30,268 bases of DNA from a candidate division WOR-3 bacterium (GTDB lineage Bacteria; Hydrothermota; Tepidihabitantia; Tepidihabitantales; JAOUPE01), in contig JBDRUX010000019.1 in the NCBI GenBank assembly GCA_039801565.1, positions 1 through 30,268 on the forward strand. Direction: 5' to 3'. Each line of letters begins with the position of its first letter. Positions within the stretch are counted from its first letter, which is position 1. Positions 8,391-17,858 of the stretch are shown piece by piece. The notes beneath the pieces are model-generated. The model had not been told where the DNA came from and did no database searches. It saw nothing but the letters and a program-made list of their open reading frames with translations. The position numbers and the translations under genes are program-made.

Positions 8391-11300
8391 ATGCCAAAAG
8401 GGTTAATAAAAATAGCCCTTGGACTCTTAATTACGCTTCTTCTCAGCGGGACCGCCTTTGCTCAGCTGAGTGGCACCAAATACATTGTGGTTGGAGTAGG
8501 TCCGAGTAACGACACCTTCCCTTCATTCAAAAAAGCGATTGATTCCTTGAATACGGTTGGAGTCGGTTCGGGCGGTGTGACATTCAATGTTCCAGCCAAT
8601 CAGGTCTTTACTGAAGCGGGCTTATTAACGCTTACCGCTACTGGGACTTCTTCTAACCCAATCGTCTTCCAGAAAACCGGGGTTGGCGCAAATCCAGTAG
8701 TCATCCCGGGCGTTCCAGGCACCCTGACGGTTACAGCGGTCACCGGCAGTACTTCAAACGGTGATGCCATCATTAAGATTGTTGGTGGCGACTACATTAC
8801 CTTTGATGGAATTGATGTGCATGATAACCCAGCATTTGTTGGCAACGGACCATGTTTTGACATCGGTTATTTCCTGGTTCGAGTGAGTGGCACCGATGCC
8901 TGCCAGAACGTTACAATCCGAAATTCGAGAATCACCCTAAAGCAAACGACCCAATATGGCAGCGGTATCTATATTGCACTGCTGGATAATGCAGGAGCAG
9001 TGCCAACGGTTACGGCAACTACTGGTCGAATGGAAAATATCTTCATTTACAACAATATCATTGACAGTTGCTATCACGGCATCAAGCAAAACGGTTATGC
9101 TGATGTGGTGACCAATGCCTTTGCCTTTTATGACCTGAATATCGAGATTGGTGTGGCGGGTCCTAATCTGATTACGAACCTTGGTGGTGGCGCTAATGTC
9201 GTTTACGGAATTTATGCCGGCTATGCGAATAATCTCAAAATCAACAATAACATCATAAACGGTAGTAGCACGACTGGAGCAATTTATGGTATCTATGTGA
9301 CTTATTGTTATAATGCCAATGTTGATATTTGCTATAATGATATTCGGCTTCAGTCATCAGGAACAACTAATGTTATGTACGGTATCTACAACTACGGTGG
9401 TTATGCCAACACTTCAGGCGTGGTGCAAAATACGGTGAGAGTTGTTGGTAACCTAATCCACGACTTCGATTACCCAACCGCTACCACGGCTACTATCTAC
9501 GGCATCTACAACTATCCCTACTATGCCCGTACTGTCTATGTTGATAGTAATACGGTTCGGGATATTTCTCTGGCTGGTACTGGCACTTTCTATGGCATAT
9601 ATTCGCCTTATGATTCCATCAAGTATTTCCGCTGGAACACGGTTCGTAAAGTCCTGCGCTCGGCTTCAGCAACAAGTGGCACTATGTATCTCACTTATCC
9701 TTATTATAGTTACAAACAAGTTGTGATTGCCAATAATGTGATTGATAGTTGCGGTAATTTGAACCTGCTCAATACCGGCACGATATATGTTATGTATGCC
9801 TACAATTACTATGCGACTCAAGGCGAATTTTACAACAACCAAATAACCAATATCTTTGCTGGTTCAGGAACCACCTATGGGCTATATGCCTCCTTCGCTA
9901 ATGCTACCCAACCTAATTGCTATAATAACCTCGTAAAAAATATCCAGAAGGGCTACGGCACGCTTTACGGCTTATATTTTTACAATTATTATGGGACAAA
10001 CGCAAATTTCTATAACAACCAAGTCCGTAATCTGGCTGCAACTAGTTATAATGGCGCGGGAACAATTTATGCGACTTATGTCTATGGACCTAATGCTGGC
10101 GCGATCAATATCTACAACAATGTCATTGACAGTGTGCGGTCTTTAGGCAGTGTTTACGGAATGTATCAATACTATGGGGCACCGGCTAATATTTACAATA
10201 ACTATATTGCTAACCTTCGGACTGATTCTACGACCTATTTTGTTGATGGTCTGTATTTGGGCTATGCTTCGCAAGGCAATGTCTATAACAATATGATTGC
10301 GAATCTGGAGGCACCCAGAGCAACCGGTTTAACGGCCGCGGTTGGTATTTATATTGGTGGTGGTGTGTCTTGGGGTCTATATTACAATAGCGTCTCTTTG
10401 AATGCCACTTCCACCTATGGCACAACCTTTGGCACTGCGGCACTCTATGCTTCAACCTCACCGGTCGTGGAGTTGAAGAATAACATCTTTAAGAACACTT
10501 CAACCCCCGGCGCGACTGGTGGTTATACGGTTGCCTATTATCGGAGTTCTACTGACCTATCAACTTATGCTTCGGGCTCAAACAATAACTGCTTCTATGC
10601 TGGAACGCCTTCAACTTATCGGGCGATTTATTATGACGGCACCAATGCTGATACTTTATTTACTGCTTATCAGACCCGAGTTGCACCAAGGGATGGTGCT
10701 TCATTCACGGAAAATGTGCCATTCTTAAGTGCGACCAATCTGCATATCAATCCAACAATTCCGACGATGGTTGAATCCGGTGCAATTCCGATTACCTCAC
10801 CAATCCCCATCACTACTGATTTTGACTACCAGACGCGAAATACCTCAACACCGGATGTCGGTGCGGATGAAGGTAACTTTACACCTTTAGACCTGGCTGG
10901 TCCGGTTATCACTTATACCCCACTCCGTCATTCTAATGTCACCTCAGCACGGACAATAACCGCAACGATTACTGATGCGACTGGTGTTGATACCTTGCCA
11001 GCACGTAGACCAAGGTTATGGTATCGAACTGGCACCAGTTTGCCGTTAGTCGGTTCTTACACCGCAGTAGTTGGGGTGCGCGTATCGGGTAATGATTGGA
11101 GTTTCACTATCCCTGGTCAGTCTTTGGGCACTTGGGTTGAATACTATATAGCAGCCCAGGATAGCGTCGTGCCACCCAATGTTTCAACCAATCCAGCGGG
11201 TGGTGGTGGTACTACCCCACCAGGTTCAATCCCACCAGCCCAGGGTTATATCTATGCGGTTCGTGACCCATTGGACTTCACAGTTGGTGCATCGGGTGCT

Positions 11301-14300
11301 GATTTCACTTCGATAACCCAAGGTATCAATATCCTTTCGGTCGGTATCGATGCTAATTGCCGCCTGCTCTTACAAGCCAATTACACCAGTGCCAATGAAG
11401 TATTTCCAATCACGATTGGTCTGATTCCCGGCTGCAATGATGTCTTTAGTGCCACGGATGATGGTGGTCAGCCCAGAGACCAGAAGACCTGGTGTGCACC
11501 ATTTGATAAGGATACCCGACTTGAGCCGCTCAAACCGGAACAGTGCATCCCTGGTTTAGGTGAGATTGATGCCACGACCGATTTACCCAAGACCTTAACG
11601 ATTAAACCAGATTCAGCGGTCACCTGCACAATTCACGGTTCAGCATTTACCATCTTCCGACTACAGGGTGCAAGGAATGTCATCATTGATGGCTCCAATA
11701 CCGAAGGTGGCACAACCCGTGACCTATGGATTATCAATGATACTACTACCGCACTCTCCTATGCGGTGCTGATTTTAGGCGCAACTGGCGCTCCGGCTAA
11801 CTATAATCAGATAAAGAACTGCAATCTTCGTTGTGGTGTGCCGAACTACTTAACTTGGCAATCCCGAACCTTTGGGCAATGGGGAGTTTCTTTAGCGCAA
11901 CCTGATACCGGTACCGTATTTAAGAACAACGATGTGAGTGACTGGCGCTATTTTGGATTCTATATGCAGAATGTGATTGGAGCAACGATTGAAGATAACT
12001 ACTTCCATGATGTTGACGCTCAAGCTAGCATTGACTATTATGGTTGTTGGTTGGCTTCAGGCACCAAGAACACCGAATTCCGAAGAAACACAATTGCTAA
12101 CCTAACTCACCAGGTTAATTTCTGGTGGATAATTGCGGCATTGTATTGTTCACCAACTGCGACCTCTAACAACAAGATTTACAATAACTTCTTCTATAAC
12201 ATCTTAGACGGCGGTTACGGTTCTTCGACGAACTATGGCCGAGCGATTTATGTCTATAATGATACTGGCGGTGTTTATGCTTATAACTCGGTCTATATGT
12301 ATGGTGATGACCCATCCACTTCAACCAGTTCCTATCATTGCTGTTTCTATACCTCCTCTTATTGCGTTAACCTTGTAGTCAAGGATAATATCTTCTATAA
12401 CGAAGTTGTTCCAGCCGCCGGCAACGCTTATTGCTACTATATCGGGTCAACACCGGTTAACCTGCAGAGCGACTACAATGACCTCTATGCCCCTGAGTAT
12501 AACGGCTATGTTGGTTATTGGGTGGGAACTAATTATCAGACCTTGGCGAACTGGCAGACCGGAACCGGCCTAGACCTGAATAGTATTAGTGCCGACCCAG
12601 GCTTTGTTGACTATAACGACTTGCATATTGACCACACTTACGATGTTGTGAACCGTCGGGGAACGTCGATTGCTGGTATCACGACCGATTTTGATGGCGA
12701 TACTCGGCATCCAACCCGTCCGGATATCGGTGCTGATGAATATGCCCTGGAAGCACCAGAAGCACCACTCTTAATTGCCCCAGCCAATAATGCGACCGAA
12801 CAACCATTAGACGGACAATTGATTTGGAATCGGGCCGAAGGCGCTACGCACTATGATGTCTATTTGGATGTTGTTACTCCACCGGTTACTAAAGTGAGCG
12901 GATTCCAGACCGATACTTTCTATAACTATTCTGGTCTTGAGATTAACAAGACCTACTACTGGCAGGTTGTAGCAATTAATGATACCGTGCCGATGGATGC
13001 TACTACCCCATCGGAAATTTGGTCATTCACGACTATCAGCCTTAGACCGACCCTAATCGCCCCGGCTCATAACTCAATAATCTTTGACCAGACCCCTGAC
13101 TTCATCTGGCACAGTGTAAACTTGGCTAATGTCTATAAACTTGAGGTTGATACGACAAATTCCTTTGCCGCACCGTTAATTGAAGTTGGATTAATTGAGA
13201 CTACTTACACGCCGACCACCAATTTACCTTATGCTCACTACTACTGGCGCGTCAAAGCGGCAATTGATAGTACAGTTACTTGGGGTGCTTACTCTTCAGT
13301 GTTCGAATTTACGATTCAATCACCGGTTACACCTGGCTGGCAGACGATGGCATCGATTCCAACTCAGAATTCCGGTAAGAGTCCAAAATCCGGTAGTTGT
13401 ATGGCAGGTAGTGAAGCCACCGGTAAAATCTACTTCCTGAAAGCTTCCAACACCCAAGATTTCCACATCTACACGATTGAACTAACTGGTCAAGGCTCTT
13501 GGACAACCGAATCAATGCCTTTGGGCACAAAACCAAAAGACGGCAAGAAACCGAAGAAGGGTGCCTCAATGGCAGCCTACGGCGACTACATCTATGTCCT
13601 GCGTGGCAACAATACCCCTGGCTTCTGGCGCTATAAAGTCACCGCACCGACTGGTTGGGAAACATTGCCACCAATTCCAGCTGGAGCCAAGTTACCAAAG
13701 GATGGTTCAGGAATGGTTGCGGTAACCAAAGGCGGTAATCCTTACCTCTTCGTGATGAAGGGCTCAAAGACTTCCGAGTTCTATCTCTATGACCTCACCA
13801 ATAACACCTGGTCATCAGCCCTTACTGCTCCACCAACCGGACCGAGTGGCAAAGCTGGTTACAAGAAGGGTTCCTGCCTTGCCTATGATGGCGGCGATTG
13901 GGTCTATGTGATGAAAGGCCAATACGGTGACTTCTACCGCTACAATCTCAATACGGAAAGTTGGGATTCGCTTACCCGCTATGACCACAAGACCTATCTC
14001 AACCGGGAAAACAAGAAGAAGAAAATTGGTGAAGGTGCTGGGCTGGTCTATCACAACGACTATATCTACCTCTTAAAAGGTGGTAATACCAACGAATTCT
14101 GGAAATACGGACCATTGGGTGGTACAAGAGATTGGACCCAAATGGATTCACTCTGGGATATTCCAACTGGCGGTGGTAAACGAGTTAAAGGTGGCGGTGC
14201 GCTGATTAAGTTTACTAACTTCTTCTGGGCTTCCAAAGGAAACAATACCGGCGAATTTTATCGTCACGGCTTACCAACTGACCTACCAGTAATCGCGCTA

Positions 14301-14603
14301 CCAACTCCAACCAACGAAGGCACGATGGGCAGCAAAGTGAACATCAACGAATTCAATCTGACGATTGCTCCGAACCCAGCAATTAATCTCACCGCGATTC
14401 GTTACACCTTACCAGTAGCAGGACCGGTTAACTTCAAACTCTACGATGTGACCGGTGCCGTAGTTAAGACCTACACCAATTCGACTCCAACCAAAGACGG
14501 TGTGCTCTTACTTGATACCAAGACGCTACCATCCGGTGTCTATATCCTGCGGTTTAACTCTGGTGACATTAGGGTTACAAGAAAATTGGTCTTAGAGAAG
14601 TAA
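8391..14603 (+). CDS. Giant (2070 aa) secreted surface protein: two parallel beta-helix modules, Fn3-like domains, Lys-rich Kelch-like propeller, T9SS-A-like CTD
   Basis: Start moved to 8391 (GGAGG-N5-ATG, followed by a signal peptide ending AFA-Q); I-x-N-N-x-I / YGIY beta-helix repeats; two TTDFD...R...PD(V/I)GADE motifs; TYYWQV and HYYWRV Fn3-like; CTD IAPNP...LYDVTGAVV...SGVYIL...KLVL. Confidence 0.9.
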   Translation: MPKGLIKIALGLLITLLLSGTAFAQLSGTKYIVVGVGPSNDTFPSFKKAIDSLNTVGVGSGGVTFNVPANQVFTEAGLLTLTATGTSSNPIVFQKTGVGANPVVIPGVPGTLTVTAVTGSTSNGDAIIKIVGGDYITFDGIDVHDNPAFVGNGPCFDIGYFLVRVSGTDACQNVTIRNSRITLKQTTQYGSGIYIALLDNAGAVPTVTATTGRMENIFIYNNIIDSCYHGIKQNGYADVVTNAFAFYDLNIEIGVAGPNLITNLGGGANVVYGIYAGYANNLKINNNIINGSSTTGAIYGIYVTYCYNANVDICYNDIRLQSSGTTNVMYGIYNYGGYANTSGVVQNTVRVVGNLIHDFDYPTATTATIYGIYNYPYYARTVYVDSNTVRDISLAGTGTFYGIYSPYDSIKYFRWNTVRKVLRSASATSGTMYLTYPYYSYKQVVIANNVIDSCGNLNLLNTGTIYVMYAYNYYATQGEFYNNQITNIFAGSGTTYGLYASFANATQPNCYNNLVKNIQKGYGTLYGLYFYNYYGTNANFYNNQVRNLAATSYNGAGTIYATYVYGPNAGAINIYNNVIDSVRSLGSVYGMYQYYGAPANIYNNYIANLRTDSTTYFVDGLYLGYASQGNVYNNMIANLEAPRATGLTAAVGIYIGGGVSWGLYYNSVSLNATSTYGTTFGTAALYASTSPVVELKNNIFKNTSTPGATGGYTVAYYRSSTDLSTYASGSNNNCFYAGTPSTYRAIYYDGTNADTLFTAYQTRVAPRDGASFTENVPFLSATNLHINPTIPTMVESGAIPITSPIPITTDFDYQTRNTSTPDVGADEGNFTPLDLAGPVITYTPLRHSNVTSARTITATITDATGVDTLPARRPRLWYRTGTSLPLVGSYTAVVGVRVSGNDWSFTIPGQSLGTWVEYYIAAQDSVVPPNVSTNPAGGGGTTPPGSIPPAQGYIYAVRDPLDFTVGASGADFTSITQGINILSVGIDANCRLLLQANYTSANEVFPITIGLIPGCNDVFSATDDGGQPRDQKTWCAPFDKDTRLEPLKPEQCIPGLGEIDATTDLPKTLTIKPDSAVTCTIHGSAFTIFRLQGARNVIIDGSNTEGGTTRDLWIINDTTTALSYAVLILGATGAPANYNQIKNCNLRCGVPNYLTWQSRTFGQWGVSLAQPDTGTVFKNNDVSDWRYFGFYMQNVIGATIEDNYFHDVDAQASIDYYGCWLASGTKNTEFRRNTIANLTHQVNFWWIIAALYCSPTATSNNKIYNNFFYNILDGGYGSSTNYGRAIYVYNDTGGVYAYNSVYMYGDDPSTSTSSYHCCFYTSSYCVNLVVKDNIFYNEVVPAAGNAYCYYIGSTPVNLQSDYNDLYAPEYNGYVGYWVGTNYQTLANWQTGTGLDLNSISADPGFVDYNDLHIDHTYDVVNRRGTSIAGITTDFDGDTRHPTRPDIGADEYALEAPEAPLLIAPANNATEQPLDGQLIWNRAEGATHYDVYLDVVTPPVTKVSGFQTDTFYNYSGLEINKTYYWQVVAINDTVPMDATTPSEIWSFTTISLRPTLIAPAHNSIIFDQTPDFIWHSVNLANVYKLEVDTTNSFAAPLIEVGLIETTYTPTTNLPYAHYYWRVKAAIDSTVTWGAYSSVFEFTIQSPVTPGWQTMASIPTQNSGKSPKSGSCMAGSEATGKIYFLKASNTQDFHIYTIELTGQGSWTTESMPLGTKPKDGKKPKKGASMAAYGDYIYVLRGNNTPGFWRYKVTAPTGWETLPPIPAGAKLPKDGSGMVAVTKGGNPYLFVMKGSKTSEFYLYDLTNNTWSSALTAPPTGPSGKAGYKKGSCLAYDGGDWVYVMKGQYGDFYRYNLNTESWDSLTRYDHKTYLNRENKKKKIGEGAGLVYHNDYIYLLKGGNTNEFWKYGPLGGTRDWTQMDSLWDIPTGGGKRVKGGGALIKFTNFFWASKGNNTGEFYRHGLPTDLPVIALPTPTNEGTMGSKVNINEFNLTIAPNPAINLTAIRYTLPVAGPVNFKLYDVTGAVVKTYTNSTPTKDGVLLLDTKTLPSGVYILRFNSGDIRVTRKLVLEK

Positions 14604-14621
14604 CCCTGTGAAAACAAGGAG

Positions 14622-14655
14622 AACGGGGCTCGGTTAACCGAGCCCCGTTTTATTT
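14622..14655 (+). terminator. Intrinsic terminator of giant gene
   Basis: Perfect 28-bp palindrome AACGGGGCTCGGTTAACCGAGCCCCGTT followed by T-rich run. Confidence 0.9.
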
Positions 14656-15030
14656 CGTTAGGTACCCAGCTTCAATCCTACTTGAAATTTTAGAATATCA
14701 AAGTGACCGAAGACAGAATCTTCTACTTCGTTTCAATTGCCTTTAGTCCAATTCGGGACAATACGCTTAAATATTATCTAAATAGCCCTTGAGGTAAACA
14801 CACAATTAACAACGGAATACCCCAGGACTTGGTAAAATTCCGCCCTAAATTTTGGAGACCTCGACTAAAATATTTCTGTTCAATTCTCGTTGTTACTCGT
14901 CTCATAAGTCAGGTTTTGTTCCGAGAAAAGTTGAATTTGATTCAACTTTTAAAATGACCGCTTTTTCCGTCTATCTTCTTCGTCTTCCAGCGGTTATGCC
15001 AGTTTTCGCTTGGGGAGGGGGTATAGCCTC

Positions 15031-15210
15031 TAAGCAACTCCGTAGGCTACCCCCTAACCCGCCGTGTTGGTTGGCTCCGACGTTGGATGGAGAATTGATT
15101 CGAAGCTCGCTGGGCAAGCACGTTAGAAAGCGGGCTGGAAAACGACCTCGGAAGCAACCTGGCAGATAGCCCCATAGGTCACTTGGGGAGCAACTACTGA
15201 CACTGCCTTA
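15031..15210. repeat. Degenerate 12-bp-periodic GC-rich array (15 units in phase)
   Basis: Units in one 12-nt phase: taagcaactccg, taggctaccccc, caagcacgttag, aaagcgggctgg, aaaacgacctcg, gaagcaacctgg, cagatagcccca, taggtcacttgg, ggagcaactact; central units are more divergent. Confidence 0.6.
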
Positions 15211-15463
15211 TAATTAACTTATATCCTAATCACTGATTTTATGATGCATAAAAAATTTAGTTCAAGCTGGGCGGATTCAATCGTTTAAATCGTTGTGCGA
15301 TAAATCGCACCCTAAAATCTTTAACCAGTGATTTTAAGACCTCGTGATTCCATATACCGGCTCATTTATTTATTCAACAATTTCTAACTGCTTCTAATAC
15401 TCTAATTCCGGAATTGTAAAGGTTAATTCAAATTTTTTAATCGTTTAACCGAAAGTTAAATTC

Positions 15464-16606
15464 TTAAGCCAAGAGGTTTCGAGCGATAACTATCCTTTGG
15501 ATTTCCGAAGTCCCTTCGTAAATCTCCATACACTTAGCATCGCGATAATAGCGTTCCACTGGATAATCTTTACTATAACCGTAGCCACCAAAGATTTGCA
15601 CCGCTTCTTTGGTCACTTCCACCGCAATCGTTGAGGCAAAGAGTTTTGCCATTGACGATTCTAAGGAGAATCTTGGTAAACCTTTGTCTTTTTGATATGC
15701 CGCATAATAGGTTAATAACCTGGCAGCCTGAATCTTCATTGCCATCTCGGCCAACTTTGCCTGAATCATTTCAAATTCCGCAATCGGCCGTCCGAACTGC
15801 CTGCGTTCTTTGGCATATTGGATTGACTTATCCAATGCCGCCTGGGCAATCCCAACTGCTTGAGCACCGATATCAATTCGACTAACATCCAAAGCACTCA
15901 AGGCGATCTTGAATCCTTCGCCTTCTTGGCCTAAAAGGTTTGCTTTTGGTACCCGGCAATCTTCAAATATTAACTCGCAGTTAGCAGTAGCACGCAATCC
16001 TAATAAATCCTCGTGTTTACCACAGGTAAAACCTGGAGTTCCTTTTTCAACAATTAAGGCAATAATTCCTTTATACCCTTTTGTCTTATCCGTAGTAGCA
16101 AAGACTAAAAAGATATCACCAACGCCGCCGTTAGTAATAAATCGTTTTGTGCCATTAACGATATAATAGTCACCTTCCGGTCGGGCGGTCGTTTCTAAAG
16201 ATGCTGGGTCAGACCCGACATTCGGTTCGGTTAGGGCAAATGCACCGATTTTCTGGCCCGTTGCTAACGGTCGAACAAATTTTTCTCGTTGTTCCTCGGT
16301 ACCAAAATTGTAGATGGTATAGGCAGCCAATGAATTATTTACCGCCACAATCACGCCAGTTGAACCGCAAGCCCGTGAAATCTCCTCAACCGCAATTGCC
16401 AAACTGACAAAATCGAATCCTGCCCCGCCATATTTTTCTGGAATCACCATCCCCATCAATCCTAATTCAGCTAATTTTTTGATACTTGCCATTGGGAATT
16501 CGCCAGTTCTGTCAATCTCTGCCGCTTTTGGTTCCAATTCGGTCTTGGCAAACTGCCGAACCATATCCTGAATCATCTTTTGGTTTTCGGTTAAATCAAA
16601 ATTCAT
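15464..16606 (-). CDS. Acyl-CoA dehydrogenase (short-chain/butyryl-CoA type)
   Basis: [52 protein letters not shown]. Confidence 0.95.
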   Translation of the reverse strand: MNFDLTENQKMIQDMVRQFAKTELEPKAAEIDRTGEFPMASIKKLAELGLMGMVIPEKYGGAGFDFVSLAIAVEEISRACGSTGVIVAVNNSLAAYTIYNFGTEEQREKFVRPLATGQKIGAFALTEPNVGSDPASLETTARPEGDYYIVNGTKRFITNGGVGDIFLVFATTDKTKGYKGIIALIVEKGTPGFTCGKHEDLLGLRATANCELIFEDCRVPKANLLGQEGEGFKIALSALDVSRIDIGAQAVGIAQAALDKSIQYAKERRQFGRPIAEFEMIQAKLAEMAMKIQAARLLTYYAAYQKDKGLPRFSLESSMAKLFASTIAVEVTKEAVQIFGGYGYSKDYPVERYYRDAKCMEIYEGTSEIQRIVIARNLLA

Positions 16607-16625
16607 ACTTGCTCCTTTCTAAAAT

Positions 16626-16699
16626 ACGAATTTATCGAATAACAACGAATTTATCGAATAAGTAATATTCGTGTCATTCGCTGTCATTCGAATCATTCG
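16626..16699. repeat. CGAAT / ATTCG short-repeat hairpin between the two dehydrogenase genes
   Basis: 17-bp direct repeat ACGAATTTATCGAATAA (16626, 16645) followed by four ATTCG units at 9-10 nt spacing. Confidence 0.7.
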
Positions 16700-17820
16700 G
16701 CATTTTCTTTTAATACTTCGCGTCCAATGATTAGTCGCATAATCTCCGAAGTTCCCTCACCGATTTCGGAAAGTTTGGCGTCGCGGTAAAATCGTTCCAC
16801 TGGGTATTCTTTGGTTAAACCGACCATTCCTAAAAGTCTAATTACCTCACCACAAGCCCAGGTACCAACTTCTGAGGCATAAAGTTTTGCCATTGCGCAT
16901 TCTTTATCCGCCCGGATATTAGCGTCTTTAAGCATTGCGGCATCATAGACCATAAGCCGAGCTGCATAGATATGAGTAGCAATGTCAGCAATGATTTTGG
17001 ATACCTGCTGGGATTTAATTGGGTTGGCTTGCAAAAATTCTCGAGCGCAATCTAATGCGCCTTGGGCAATCCCTAAGGCATGGGCACCAATGCTAATTCG
17101 ACCACCGTCCAAGGTCTCCATCATAATATTAAACCCTTGCCCTTCTTCACCCAAAAGGTTCTCGCTTGGCACAAAGCAGTCTTCTAATATGAGTTCGACG
17201 GTATTGGAGCCCAAGAGTCCTAACTTATGTTCGCGTTGGCCAATCGAAAAACCTGAAAAATTCGTTTCGACGATAAAGGTGGTAATACCTTTGGTGCCTA
17301 AACTTCTATCCAAGGTAGCAGCAATAATGACGGTGCCGGCATATTCAGCCGATGTGATAAATCGTTTTGTGCCATTCAGAATATAACCGTTATTGGTTTT
17401 TTTAGCAGTAGTCTCAATGGCACCGGCATCCGAGCCGGCATTAGGCTCAGTGAGCCCAAAGGCGCCGAGCATTTCGCCACTGGCTAACTTGGTAAGGTAT
17501 TTTTTCTTCTGTTCGTCATTGCCGAACCGAAAGATTGGATAAGTTCCTAACGAAGTATGAGCGCAGACGGTCAAGCCGGTGGAAGCGCAGACCCGGGAAA
17601 TCTCTTCGGCAACGATTGCATAACTTAAATAATCCAATCCCCTGCCGCCGTATTCTTTGGGATAAGGGATGCCCAGATAGCCCGCTTCTGCTAATTTTTT
17701 AATTACAGGCATTGGAAATTCGCCGGTCTGGTCAATTTTTTTTGCTGATTCTTTCAATTCCCGTAGCGCAAATTCGCGAACTTCCTGACGCAGTGCTTCG
17801 TATCTTTTATCTAAATGCAT
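16693..17820 (-). CDS. Acyl-CoA dehydrogenase, divergent (lacks RxQFG and QxxGGxG motifs)
   Basis: GAFGLTEPNAGSDA, GTKRFITSA, LDGGRISIG and RDAK..EIGEGTSE present; 6-aa deletion across the RxQFG loop. Confidence 0.93.
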   Translation of the reverse strand: MHLDKRYEALRQEVREFALRELKESAKKIDQTGEFPMPVIKKLAEAGYLGIPYPKEYGGRGLDYLSYAIVAEEISRVCASTGLTVCAHTSLGTYPIFRFGNDEQKKKYLTKLASGEMLGAFGLTEPNAGSDAGAIETTAKKTNNGYILNGTKRFITSAEYAGTVIIAATLDRSLGTKGITTFIVETNFSGFSIGQREHKLGLLGSNTVELILEDCFVPSENLLGEEGQGFNIMMETLDGGRISIGAHALGIAQGALDCAREFLQANPIKSQQVSKIIADIATHIYAARLMVYDAAMLKDANIRADKECAMAKLYASEVGTWACGEVIRLLGMVGLTKEYPVERFYRDAKLSEIGEGTSEIMRLIIGREVLKENAE

Positions 17821-17858
17821 TTCCCTACTTTCTTATTGAACTGTTTAAACATCTTGAG

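Noticed and set aside
14852..15169. 105-aa basic ORF
   Set aside because: TTG start without SD; its K/R periodicity is explained by the 12-bp DNA array.
15031..15210. CRISPR array, tmRNA, RNase P or SRP RNA
   Set aside because: No identical 23-47 bp repeats with spacers, no cas genes, and none of the signature motifs of those RNAs.
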